Below are positions 12,101 through 26,300 of a DNA stretch of 64,000 nt, piece by piece. The notes below the pieces were generated by a model. The model was not told the DNA's origin, did not search any database, and saw nothing but the letters and a program-made list of their open reading frames with translations. The translations under genes were made by a program, and so were the position numbers. Each line of letters begins with the position of its first letter. Position 1 is the first letter of the stretch. The DNA comes from the human T2T-CHM13v2.0 reference genome, Homo sapiens: the NCBI RefSeq assembly GCF_009914755.1, contig NC_060947.1; one strand, 5' to 3'.

Positions 12101-14395
12101 AGCTGCTCTTTCAAAAGGAAAGTTCAACTCTGGGAGTTGAATACAAACATCACAAAATAGTTTCCGAGAATGCTTCTGTTTAGTTTTTATGTGAAGATGA
12201 TCCCGTTTCCAGTGAAATCTTCAAAGAGGTCCACATATCCCCTTGCAGATTCCAAAGAAAGAGGGTTTCAAAACTGCTCCATCAGAAGGATTGTTCAACT
12301 CTGTGAGTTGAATGCAGTCATCGCAGAAAACTTTCTGAGAATGCTTCTGTCTAGGTTTGATGTGAAGATATAGACGTTTCAAACGAAGGCTACAAAGTGG
12401 TCAAAATATACACTTGCAGATTCTACTACAAGGGTGTTGCAAACCTGAACTATCAAAGGAAGGTTCAACTCTGTGAGTTGAATACAAACATCACAAAGAA
12501 TGTTCTGAGTTTGCTTCCGTTCAGTTATGGGAAGTTGATCCCGTTTCCAACGAAATCCTCAGAGAGGTCCAAATATCCCCTCACAGATTCTACAAAACGT
12601 GTGTTTGGAAACTGCTCCATCATAACGAATGTTCAGCTCCCTGAGTTAAACTCCATCGTCACAAAGAATTTTCTGATAGTGCTACCGTCTGGTTTTTATA
12701 TGAAGTTCTTTCCTTCACTACCACAGGCCTCAAAGCGGTCCAAATCTCCACTTGCAGATTCTACAAAAAGAGTGTTTGCAAACTGCTCTATCAAAAGGAA
12801 TGTTCAACTCTGGGAGTTGAATGCAATCATCACAGAGCAGTTTCTGAGAATGCTTCTATGTCGTTTTTAGGAGAAGATATTTCCTTTTCCAACACAGTCC
12901 TCCAAGCCCGCTAAATAGCCACTTGCACATTGTAGAAAAAGTGTGTCAAAGCTGCGCTATCAAAGGGAAAGTTCAACTCTGTGAGGTGAATGCAAACATC
13001 CCAAAGAAGTTTCTGAGAATGCTTCCGTTTAGCTTTTAGGTGAAGATTATCCCGTTTCCAACGAAAGCTTCAAAGAGGTCCAAATATCCCCTTGCGGATC
13101 CCACAGAAAGAGTGTTTCGAAACTGCTGTTTCAAAAGGAATCTTCAACTCTGTGAGTTGAATGCAATCATCACAAAGAAGTTTCTGACAATGCTTCTCTC
13201 TCGTCTTTCTGTGAACATAAAGGAAAAGGCGTTCAGGCCTTTGCCACCACAGGCCTGAAAGCGCTCCAAATGTCCACTTGCAGATTCTGCCAAAAGAATA
13301 TTTCAAAACTGCTCTATGAAAAGCAATGTTAAACTCTGTGGCTCGAACACAAACATCACAAAGCGGTCTCTGAGAATGCTTCAGTTTAGTTTTTCTGTGG
13401 AAATATTCCCGTTTCCAAAGAAATCTTCAAAGAGGTCCACGTATCCACTTACAGATTCTACAAAAAGACAGTTTCAAAACTGCTCAATCAAAAGGAGGGT
13501 TCAACTGTGTGACTTGAATGCAATCATCACTCAGAAGTTTCTGAGAATGCTTCTCTTTAGTTTTTACGTGAACATATACCCGTTTCGAACGAAGGCCACC
13601 CAGTGGTCCAAATGTCCACTTGCAGATTATACAGAAAGAGTGTTTCGAACCTGAACTCTCAAAGGCAGGTTCATCTCTGCGAGTTAAATGCATTCATCAT
13701 GAAGAACTTTCTCAGCGTGTTTGTGTTTAGTTATGGGAAATTATTCCCGTTCCCAACGAAATCCTCAGAGAGGTCCAAATGTCCACCTGCAGATTCTACC
13801 AAAAGTGTATTTGGAAACTGCTCCATCAACAGGCATGTTCAGCTCTGTGAGTGAAACTCCATCATCACAAAGAATATTCTGAGAATGCTTCCGTTTGCCT
13901 TTTATATGAAGTTCCTTCCTATACGTCCGTAGGCCTCAAAGCAGTGCAAATCTCCATTTGCAGATTCTACAAAAAGAGTGATTCCAATCTGCTCTATCAA
14001 TAGGATTGTTCAACTCCATGAGTTGAATGCCATCCTCACAAAGTCGTTTCTGAGAATGCTTCTATCTAGTTTTTATGTGAAGATATTTCCTTTTCCACCA
14101 CAGGCCTCAAAGACCTCCAAACGTCCACTTGCAGATTCTCGAAAAGGAGTGTTTCATAGCTGCTCTTTCAAAAGGAAAGTTCAACTCTGGGAGTTGAATA
14201 CAAACATCACAAAGTAGTTTCCGAGAATGCTTCTGTTTAGTTTTTATGTGAAGATGATCCCGTTTCCAGTGAAATCTTCAAAGAGGTCCACATATCCCCT
14301 TGCAGATTCCAAAGAAAGAGGGTTTCAAAACTGCTCCATCAGAAGGATTGTTCAACTCTGTGAGTTGAATGCAGTCATCGCAGAAAACTTTCTGA

Positions 14396-17300
14396 GAATG
14401 CTTCTGTCTAGGTTTGATGTGAAGATATAGACGTTTCAAACGAAGGCTACAAAGTGGTCAAAATATACACTTGCAGATTCTACTACAAGGGTGTTGCAAA
14501 CCTGAACTATCAAAGGAAGGTTCAACTCTGTGAGTTGAATACAAACATCACAAAGAATGTTCTGAGTTTGCTTCCGTTCAGTTATGGGAAGTTGATCCCG
14601 TTTCCAACGAAATCCTCAGAGAGGTCCAAATATCCCCTTGCAGATTCTACAAAAGGTGTGTTTGGAAACTGCTCCATCATAACGAATGTTCAGCTCCCTG
14701 AGTTAAACTCCATCCTCACAAAGAATTTTCTGAGAGTGCTACCGTATGGTTTTTATATGAAGTTCTTTCCTTCACTACCACAGGCCTCAAAGCGGTCCAA
14801 GTCTCCACTTGCAGATTCTACAAAAAGAGTGTTTGCAAACTGCTCTATCAAAAGGAATGTTCAACTCTGGGAGTTGAATGCAATCATCACAGAGCAGTTT
14901 CTGAGAATGCTTCTATGTCGTTTTTAGGAGAAGATATTTCCTTTTCCAACACAATCCTGCAAGCCCGCTAAATAGCCACTTGCACATTGTAGAAAAAGTG
15001 TGTCAAAGCTGCGCTATCAAAGGGAAAGTTCAACTCTGTGAGGTGAATGCAAACATCCCAAAGAAGTTTCTGAGAATGCTTCCGTTTAGCTTTTAGGTGA
15101 AGATTATCCCGTTTCCAACGAAACCTTCAAAGAGGTCCAAATATCCCCTTGCGGATCCCACAGAAAGAGTGTTTCGAAACTGCTGTTTCAAAAGGAATCT
15201 TCAACTCTGTGAGTTGAATGCAATCATCACAAAGAAGTTTCTGACAATGCTTCTCTCTCGTCTTTCTGTGAAAATAAAGGAAAAGGCTTTCAGGCCTTTT
15301 CCACCACAGGCCTGAAAGCGCTCCAAATGTCCACTTGCAGATTCTGCCAAAAGAATATTTCAAAACTGCTCTATGAAAAGCAATGTTAAACTCTGTGGCT
15401 CGAACACAAACATCACAAAGCAGTTTCTGAGAATGCTTCAGTTTAGTTTTTCTGTGGAAATATTCCCGTTTCCAAAGAAATCTTCAAAGAGGTCCACGTA
15501 TCCACTTACAGATTCTACAAAAAGACAGTTTCAAAACTGCTCCATCAAAAGGAGGGTTCAACTGTGTGACTTGAATGCAATCATCACTCAGAAGTTTCTG
15601 AGAATGCTTCTCTTTAGTTTTTACGTGAACATATACCCGTTTCGAACGAAGGCCACCCAGTGGTCCAAATATCCACTTGCAGATTATACAGAAAGAGTGT
15701 TTCGAACCTGAACTCTCAAAGGCAGGTTCATCTCTGCGAGTTAAATGCATTCATCATGAAGAACTTTCTCAGAGTGTTTGTGTTTAGTTATGGGAAATTA
15801 TTCCCGTTTCCAACGAAATCCTCAGAGAGCTCCAAATATCCACCTGCAGATTCTACCAAAAGTGTATTTGGAAACTGCTCCATCAAAAGGCATGTTCAGC
15901 TCTGTGAGTGAAACTCCATCATCACAAAGAATATTCTGAGAATGCTTCCGTTTGCCTTTTATCTGAAGTTCCTTCCTATACGACCGTAGGCCTCAAAGCA
16001 GTCCAAATCTCCATTTGCAGATTCTACAAAAAGAGTGATTCCAATCTGCTCTATCAATAGGATTGTTCAACTCCATGAGTTGAATGCCATCCTCACAAAG
16101 TAGTTTCTGAGAATGCTTCTATCTAGTTTTTATGTGAAGATATTTCCTTTTCCACCACAGGCCTCAAAGCCCTCCAAACGTCCACTTGCAGATTCTCGAA
16201 AAAGAGTGTTTCATAGCTGCTCTTTCAAAAGGAAAGTTCAACTCTGGGAGTTGAATACAAACATCACAAAGTAGTTTCCGAGAATGCTTCTGTTTAGTTT
16301 TTATGTGAAGATGATCCCGTTTCCAGTGAAATCTTCAAAGAGGTCCACATATCCCCTTGCAGATTCCAAAGAAAGAGGGTTTCAAAACTGCTCCATCAGA
16401 AGGATTGTTCAACTCTGTGAGTTGAATGCAGTCATCGCAGAAAACTTTCTGAGAATGCTTCTGTCTAGGTTTGATGTGAAGATATAGACGTTTCAAATGA
16501 AGGCTACAAAGTGGTCAAAATATACACTTGCAGATTCTACTACAAGGGTGTTGCAAACCTGAACTATCAAAGGAAGGTTCAACTCTGTGAGTTGAATACA
16601 AACATCACAAAGAATGTTCTGAGTTTGCTTCCGTTCAGTTATGGGAAGCTGATCCCGTTTCCAACGAAATCCTCAGAGAGGTCCAAATATCCCCTTGCAG
16701 ATTCTACAAAACGTGTGTTTGGAAACTGCTCCATCATAACGAATGTTCAGCTCCCTGAGTTAAACTCCATCGTCACAAAGAATTTTCTGAGAGTGCTACC
16801 GTCTGGTTTTTATATGAAGTTCTTTCCTTCACTACCACTGGCCTCAAAGCGGTCCTAATCTCCACTTGCAGATTCTACAAAAAGAGTGTTTGCAAACTGC
16901 TCTATCAAAAGGAATGTTCAACTCTGGGAGTTGAATGCAATCATCACAGAGCAGTTTCTGAGAATGCTTCTATGTCGTTTTTAGGAGAAGATATTTCCTT
17001 TTCCAACACAGTCCTCCAAGTCCGCTAAATAGCCACTTGCACATTGTAGAAAAAGTGTGTCAAAGCTGGGCTATCAAAGGGAAAGTTCAACTCTGAGAGG
17101 TGAATGCAAACATCCCAAAGAAGTTTCTGAGAGTGCTTCCGTTTAGCTTTTAGGTGAAGATTATCCCGTTTCCAACGAAACCTTCAAAGAAGTCCAAATA
17201 TCCCCTTGCGGATCCCACAGAAAGAGTGTTTCGAAACTGCTGTTTCAAAAGGAATCTTCAACTCTGTGAGTTGAATGCAATCATCACAAAGAAGTTTCTG

Positions 17301-20300
17301 ACAATGCTTCTCTCTCGTCTTTCTGTGAAGATAAATAAATGCTTTCAGGCCTTTGCCACCACAGGCCTGAAAGCGCTCCAAATGTCCACTTGCAGATTCT
17401 GCGAAAAGAATATTTCAAAACTGCTTTGTGAAAAGCAATGTTAAACTCTGTGGCTCGAACACAAACATCACAAAGCGGTTTCTGAGAATGCTTCAGTTTA
17501 GTTTTTCTGTGGAAATATTCCCGTTTCCAAAGAAATCTTCAAAGAGGTCCACGTATCCACTTACAGATTCTACAAAAAGACAGTTTCAAAACTGCTCCAT
17601 CAAAAGGAGGGTTCAACTGTGTGAATTGAATGCAATCATCACTCAGAAGTTTCTGAGAATGCTTCTCTTTAGTTTTTACGTGAACATATACCCGTTTCGA
17701 ACGAAGGCCACCCAGTGGTCCAAATATCCACTTGCAGATTATACAGAAAGAGTGTTTCGAACCTGAACTCTCAAAGGCAGGTTCATCTCTGCGAGTTAAA
17801 TGCATTCATCATGAAGAACTTTCTCAGAGTGTTTGTGTTTAGTTATGGGAAATTATTCCCGTTTCCAACGAAATCCTCAGAGAGCTCCAAATATCCACCT
17901 GCAGATTCTACCAAAAGTGTATTTGGAAACTGCTCCATCAAAAGGCATGTTCAGCTCTGTGAGTGAAACTCCATCATCACAAAGAATATTCTGAGAATGC
18001 TTCCGTTTGCCTTTTATCTGAAGTTCCTTCCTATACGACCGTAGGCCTCAAAGCAGTCCAAATCTCCATTTGCAGATTCTACAAAAAGAGTGATTCCAAT
18101 CTGCTCTATCAATAGGATTGTTCAACTCCATGAGTTGAATGCCATCCTCACAAAGTCGTTTCTGAGAATGCTTCTATCTAGTTTTTATGTGAAGATATTT
18201 CCTTTTCCACCACAGGCCTCAAAGCCCTCCAAACGTCCACTTGCAGATTCTCGAAAAAGAGTGTTTCATAGCTGCTCTTTCAAAAGGAAAGTTCAACTCT
18301 GGGAGTTGAATACAAACATCACAAAGTAGTTTCCGAGAATGCTTCTGTTTAGTTTTTATGTGAAGATGATCCCGTTTCCAGTGAAATCTTCAAAGAGGTC
18401 CACATATCCCCTTGCAGATTCCAAAGAAAGAGGGTTTCAAAACTGCTCCATCAGAAGGATTGTTCAACTCTGTGAGTTGAATGCAGTCATCGCAGAAAAC
18501 TTTCTGAGAATGCTTCTGTCTAGGTTTGATGTGAAGATATAGACGTTTCAAACGAAGGCTACAAAGTGGTCAAAATATACACTTGCAGATTCTACTACAA
18601 GGGTGTTGCAAACCTGAACTATCAAAGGAAGGTTCAACTCTGTGAGTTGAATACAAACATCACAAAGAATGTTCTGAGTTTGCTTCCGTTCAGTTATGGG
18701 AAGTTGATCCCGTTTCCAACGAAATCCTCAGAGAGGTCCAAATATCCCCTTGCAGATTCTACAAAACGTGTGTTTGGAAACTGCTCCATCATAACGAATG
18801 TTCAGCTCCCTGAGTTAAACTCCATCGTCACAAAGAATTTTCTGAGAGTGCTACCGTCTGGTTTTTATATGAAGTTCTTTCCTTCACTACCACAGGCCTC
18901 AAAGCGGTCCAAATCTCCACTTGCAGATTCTACAAAAAGAGTGTTTGCAAACTGCTCTATCAAAAGGAATGTTCAACTCTGGGAGTTGAATGCAATCATC
19001 ACAGAGCAGTTTCTGAGAATGCTTCTATGTCGTTTTTAGGAGAAGATATTTCCTTTTCCAACACAGTCCTCCAAGCCCGCTAAATAGCCACTTGCACATT
19101 GTAGAAAAAGTGTGTCAAAGCTGCGCTATCAAAGGGAAAGTTCAACTCTGTGAGGTGAATGCAAACATCCCAAAGAAGTTTCAGAGAATGCTTCCGTTTA
19201 GCTTTTAGGTGAAGATTATCCCGTTTCCAACGAAACCTTCAAAGAGGTCCAAATATCCCCTTGCGGATCCCACAGAAAGAGTGTTTCGAAACTGCTGTTT
19301 CAAAAGGAATCTTCAACTCTGTGAGTTGAATGCAATCATCACAAAGAAGTTTCTGACAATGCTTCTCTCTCGTCTTTCTGTGAAGATAAAGGAAAAGGCT
19401 TTCAGGCCTCTTCCACCACAGGCCTGAAAGCGCTCCAAATGTCCACTTGCAGATTCTGCGAAAAGAATATTTCAAAACTGCTCTATGAAAAGCAATGGTA
19501 AACTCTGTGGCTCGAACACAAACATCACAAAGCGGTTTCTGAGAATGCTTCAGTTTAGTTTTTCTGTGGAAATATTCCCGTTTCCAAAGAAATCTTCAAA
19601 GAGGTCCACGTATCCACTTACAGATTCTACAAAAAGACAGTTTCAAAACTGCTCCATCAAAAGGAGGGTTCAACCGTGTGACTTGAATGCAATCATCACT
19701 CAGAAGTTTCTGAGAATGCTTCTCTTTAGTTTTTACGTGAACATATACCCGTTTCGAACGAAGGCCACCCAGTGGTCCAAATATCCACTTGCAGATTATA
19801 CAGAAAGAGTGTTTCGAACCTGAACTCTCAAAGGCAGGTTCATCTCTGCGAGTTAAATGCATTCATCATGAAGAACTTTCTCAGAGTGTTTGTGTTTAGT
19901 TATGGGAAATTATTCCCGTTTCCAACGAAATCCTCAGAGAGCTCCAAATATCCACCTGCAGATTCTACCAAAAGTGTATTTGGAAACTGCTCCATCAAAA
20001 GGCATGTTCAGCTCTGTGAGTGAAACTCCATCATCACAAAGAATATTCTGAGAATGCTTCCGTTTGCCTTTTATATGAAGTTCCTTCCTGTACTACCGTA
20101 GGCCTCAAAGCAGTCCAAATCTCCATTTGCAGATTCTACAAAAAGAGTGATTCCAATCTGCTCTATCAATAGGATTGTTCAACTCCATGAGTTGAATGCC
20201 ATCCTCACAAAGCAGTTTCTGAGAATGCTTCTATCTGGTTTTTGTGTGAAGATATTTCCTTTTCCACCACAGGCCTCAAAGCCCTCCAAACGTCCACTTG

Positions 20301-23300
20301 CAGATTCTCGAAAAAGAGTGTTTCATAGCTGCTCTTTCAAAAGGAAAGTTCAACTCTGGGAGTTGAATACAAACATCACAAAATAGTTTCCGAGAATGCT
20401 TCTGTTTAGTTTTTATGTGAAGATGATCCCGTTTCCAGTGAAATCTTCAAAGAGGTCCACATATCCCCTTGCAGATTCCAAAGAAAGAGGGTTTCAAAAC
20501 TGCTCCATCAGAAGGATTGTTCAACTCTGTGAGTTGAATGCAGTCATCGCAGAAAACTTTCTGAGAATGCTTCTGTCTAGGTTTGATATGAAGATATAGA
20601 CGTTTCAAACGAAGGCTACAAAGTGGTCAAAATATACACTTGCAGATTCTACTACAAGGGTGTTGCAAACCTGAACTATCAAAGGAAGGTTCAACTCTGT
20701 GAGTTGAATACAAACATCACAAAGAATGTTCTGAGTTTGCTTCCGTTCAGTTATGGGAAGTTGATCCCGTTTCCAACGAAATCCTCAGAGAGGTCCAAAT
20801 ATCCCCTCACAGATTCTACAAAACGTGTGTTTGGAAACTGCTCCATCATAACGAATGTTCAGCTCCCTGAGTTAAACTCCATCGTCACAAAGAATTTTCT
20901 GAGAGTGCTACCGTCTGGTTTTTATATGAAGTTCTTTCCTTCACTACCACAGGCCTCAAAGCGGTCCAAATCTCCACTTGCAGATTCTACAAAAAGAGTG
21001 TTTGCAAACTGCTCTATCAAAAGGAATGTTCAACTCTGGGAGTTGAATGCAATCATCACAGAGCAGTTTCTGAGAATGCTTCTATGTCGTTTTTAGGAGA
21101 AGATACTTCCTTTTCCAACACAGTCCTCCAAGCCCGCTAAATAGCCACTTGCACATTGTAGAAAAAGTGTGTCAAAGCTGCGCTATCAAAGGGAAAGTTC
21201 AACTCTGTGAGGTGAATGCAAACATCCCAAAGAAGTTTCTGAGAATGCTTCCGTTTAGCTTTTAGGTGAAGATTATCCCGTTTCCAACGAAACCTTCAAA
21301 GAGGTCCAAATATCCCCTTGCGGATCCCACAGAAAGAGTGTTTCGAAACTGCTGTTTCAAAAGGAATCTTCAACTCTGTGAGTTGAATGCAATCATCACA
21401 AAGAAGTTTCTGACAATGCTTCTCTCTCGTCTTTCTGTGAAGATAAAGGAAAAGGCTTTCAGGCCTTTTCCACCACAGGCCTGAAAGCGCTCCAAATGTC
21501 CACTTGCAGATTCTGCGAAAAGAATATTTCAAAACTGCTCTATGAAAAGCAATGTTAAACTCTGCGGCTGGAACACAAACATCACAAAGCGGTTTCTGAG
21601 AATGTTTCAGTTTAGTTTTTCTGTGGAAATATTCCCGTTTCCAAAGAAATCTTCAAAGAGGTCCACGTATCCACTTACAGATTCTACAAAAAGACAGTTT
21701 CAAAACTGCTCCATCAAAAGGAGGGTTCAACTGTGTGACTTGAATGCAATCATCACTCAGAAGTTTCTGAGAATGCTTCTCTTTAGTTTTTACGTGAACA
21801 TATACCCGTTTCGAACGAAGGCCACCCAGTGGTCCAAATATCCACTTGCAGATTCTACAGAAAGAGTGTTTCGAACCTGAACTCTCAAAGGCAGGTTCAT
21901 CTCTGCGAGTTAAATGCATTCATCATGAAGAACTTTCTCAGAGTGTTTGTGTTTAGTTATGGGAAATTATTCCCGTTTCCAACGAAATCCTCAGAGAGCT
22001 CCAAATATCCACCTGCAGATTCTACCAAAAGTGTATTTGGAAACTGCTCCATCAAAAGGCATGTTCAGCTCTGTGAGTGAAACTCCATCATCACAAAGAA
22101 TATTCTGAGAATGCTTCCGTTTGCCTTTTATCTGAAGTTCCTTCCTATACGACCGTAGGCCTCAAAGCAGTCCAAATCTCCATTTGCAGATTCTACAAAA
22201 AGAGTGATTCCAATCTGCTCTATCAATAGGATTGTTCAACTCCATGAGTTGAATGCCATCCTCACAAAGTCGTTTCTGAGAATGCTTCTATCTAGTTTTT
22301 ATGTGAAGATATTTCCTTTTCCACCACAGGCCTCAAAGCCCTCCAAACGTCCACTTGCAGATTCTCGAAAAGGAGTGTTTCATAGCTGCTCTTTCAAAAG
22401 GAAAGTTCAACTCTGGGAGTTGAATACAAACATCACAAAGTAGTTTCCGAGAATGCTTCTGTTTAGTTTTTATGTGAAGATGATCCCGTTTCCAGTGAAA
22501 TCTTCAAAGAGGTCCACATATCCCCTTGCAGATTCCAAAGAAAGAGGGTTTCAAAACTGCTCCATCAGAAGGATTGTTCAACTCTGTGAGTTGAATGCAG
22601 TCATCGCAGAAAACTTTCTGAGAATGCTTCTGTCTAGGTTTGATGTGAAGATATAGACGTTTCAAACGAAGGCTACAAAGTGGTCAAAATATACACTTGC
22701 AGATTCTACTACAAGGGTGTTGCAAACCTGAACTATCAAAGGAAGGTTCAACTCTGTGAGTTGAATACAAACATCACAAAGAATGTTCTGAGTTTGCTTC
22801 CGTTCAGTTATGGGAAGTTGATCCCGTTTCCAACGAAATCCTCAGAGAGGTCCAAATATCCCCTTGCAGATTCTACAAAACGTGTGTTTGGAAACTGCTC
22901 CATCATAACGAATGTTCAGCTCCCTGAGTTAAACTCCATCGTCACAAAGAATTTTCTGAGAGTGCTACCGTCTGGTTTTTATATGAAGTTCTTTCCTTCA
23001 CTACCACAGGCCTCAAAGCGGTCCAAATCTCCACTTGCAGATTCTACAAAAAGAGTGTTTGCAAACTGCTCTATCAAAAGGAATGTTCAACTCTGGGAGT
23101 TGAATGCAATCATCACAGAGCAGTTTCTGAGAATGCTTCTATGTCGTTTTTAGGAGAAGATATTTCCTTTTCCAACACAATCCTCCAAGCCCGCTAAATA
23201 GCCACTTGCACATTGTAGAAAAAGTGTGTCAAAGCTGCGCTATCAAAGGGAAAGTTCAACTCTGTGAGGTGAATGCAAACATCCCAAAGAAGTTTCTGAG

Positions 23301-26300
23301 AATGCTTCCGTTTAGCTTTTAGGTGAAGATTATCCCGTTTCCAACGAAACCTTCAAAGAGGTCCAAATATCCCCTTGCGGATCCCACAGAAAGAGTGTTT
23401 CGAAACTGCTGTTTCAAAAGGAATCTTCAACTCTGTGAGTTGAATGCAATCATCACAAAGAAGTTTCTGACAATGCTTCTCTCTCGTCTTTCTGTGAAGA
23501 TAAAGGAAAAGGCTTTCAGGCCTTTTCCACCACAGGCCTGAAAGCGCTCCAAATGTCCACTTGCAGATTCTGCGAAAAGAATATTTCAAAACTGCTCTAT
23601 GAAAAGCAATGTTAAACTCTGTGGCTCGAACACAAACATCACAAAGCAGTTTCTGAGAATGCTTCAGTTTAGTTTTTCTGTGGAAATATTCCCGTTTCCA
23701 AAGAAATCTTCAAAGAGGTCCACGTATCCACTTACAGATTCTACAAAAAGACAGTTTCAAAACTGCTCCATCAAAAGGAGGGTTCAACTGTGTGACTTGA
23801 ATGCAATCATCACTCAGAAGTTTCTGAGAATGCTTCTCTTTAGTTTTTACGTGAACATATACCCGTTTCGAACGAAGGCCACCCAGTGGTCCAAATATCC
23901 ACTTGCAGATTCTACAGAAAGAGTGTTTCGAACCTGAACTCTCAAAGGCAGGTTCATCTCTGCGAGTTAAATGCATTCATCATGAAGAACCTTCTCAGAG
24001 TGTTTGTGTTTAGTTATGGGAAATTATTCCCGTTTCCAAAGAAATCCTCAGAGAGCTCCAAATATCCACCTGCAGATTCTACCAAAAGTGTATTTGGAAA
24101 CTGCTCCATCAAAAGGCATGTTCAGCTCTGTGAGTGAAACTCCATCATCACAAAGAATATTCTGAGAATGCTTCCGTTTGCCTTTTATCTGAAGTTCCTT
24201 CCTATACGACCGTAGGCCTCAAAGCAGTCCAAATCTCCATTTGCAGATTCTACAAAAAGAGTGATTCCAATCTGCTCTATCAATAGGATTGTTCAACTCC
24301 ATGAGTTGAATGCCGTCCTCACAAAGTCGTTTCTGAGAATGCTTCTATCTAGTTTTTATGTGAAGATATTTCCTTTTCCACCACAGGCCTCAAAGCCCTC
24401 CAAACGTCCACTTGCAGATTCTCGAGAAAGAGTGTTTCATAGCTGCTCTTTCAAAAGGAAAGTTCAACTCTGGGAGTTGAATACAAACATCACAAAGTAG
24501 TTTCCGAGAATGCTTCTGTTTAGTTTTTATGTGAAGATGATCCCGTTTCCAGTGAAATCTTCAAAGAGGTCCACATATCCCCTTGCAGATTCCAAAGAAA
24601 GAGGGTTTCAAAACTGCTCCATCAGAAGGATTGTTCAACTCTGTGAGTTGAATGCAGTCATCGCAGAAAACTTTCTGAGAATGCTTCTGTCTAGGTTTGA
24701 TGTGAAGATATAGACGTTTCAAACGAAGGCTACAAAGTGGTCAAAATATACACTTGCAGATTCTACTACAAGGGTGTTGCAAACCTGAACTATCAAAGGA
24801 AGGTTCAACTCTGTGAGTTGAATACAAACATCACAAAGAATGTTCTGAGTTTGCTTCCGTTCAGTTATGGGAAGTTGATCCCGTTTCCAACGAAATCCTC
24901 AGAGAGGTCCAAATATCCCCTTGCAGATTCTACAAAAGGTGTGTTTGGAAACTGCTCCATCATAACGAATGTTCAGCTCCCTGAGTTAAACTCCATCCTC
25001 ACAAAGAATTTTCTGAGAGTGCTACCGTATGGTTTTTATATGAAGTTCTTTCCTTCACTACCACAGGCCTCAAAGCGGTCCAAGTCTCCACTTGCAGATT
25101 CTACAAAAAGAGTGTTTGCAAACTGCTCTATCAAAAGGAATGTTCAACTCTGGGAGTTGAATGCAATCATCACAGAGCAGTTTCTGAGAATGCTTCTATG
25201 TCGTTTTTAGGAGAAGATATTTCCTTTTCCAACACAATCCTGCAAGCCCGCTAAATAGCCACTTGCACATTGTAGAAAAAGTGTGTCAAAGCTGCGCTAT
25301 CAAAGGGAAAGTTCAACTCTGTGAGGTGAATGCAAACATCCCAAAGAAGTTTCTGAGAATGCTTCCGTTTAGCTTTTAGGTGAAGATTATCCCGTTTCCA
25401 ACGAAACCTTCAAAGAGGTCCAAATATCCCCTTGCGGATCCCACAGAAAGAGTGTTTCGAAACTGCTGTTTCAAAAGGAATCTTCAACTCTGTGAGTTGA
25501 ATGCAATCATCACAAAGAAGTTTCTGACAATGCTTCTCTCTCGTCTTTCTGTGAAAATAAAGGAAAAGGCTTTCAGGCCTTTTCCACCACAGGCCTGAAA
25601 GCGCTCCAAATGTCCACTTGCAGATTCTGCCAAAAGAATATTTCAAAACTGCTCTATGAAAAGCAATGTTAAACTCTGTGGCTCGAACACAAACGTCACA
25701 AAGCGGTCTCTGAGAATGCTTCAGTTTAGTTTTTCTGTGGAAATATTCCCGTTTCCAAAGAAATCTTCAAAGAGGTCCACGTATCCACTTACAGATTCTA
25801 CAAAAAGACAGTTTCAAAACTGCTCCATCAAAAGGAGGGTTCAACCGTGTGACTTGAATGCAATCATCACTCAGAAGTTTCTGAGAATGCTTCTCTTTAG
25901 TTTTTACGTGAACATATACCCGTTTCGAACGAAGGCCACCCAGTGGTCCAAATATCCACTTGCAGATTATACAGAAAGAGTGTTTCGAACCTGAACTCTC
26001 AAAGGCAGGTTCATCTCTGCGAGTTAAATGCATTCATCATGAAGAACTTTCTCAGAGTGTTTGTGTTTAGTTATGGGAAATTATTCCCGTTTCCAACGAA
26101 ATCCTCAGAGAGCTCCAAATATCCACCTGCAGATTCTACCAAAAGTGTATTTGGAAACTGCTCCATCAAAAGGCATGTTCAGCTCTGTGAGTGAAACTCC
26201 ATCATCACAAAGAATATTCTGAGAATGCTTCCGTTTGCCTTTTATCTGAAGTTCCTTCCTATACGACCGTAGGCCTCAAAGCAGTCCAAATCTCCATTTG

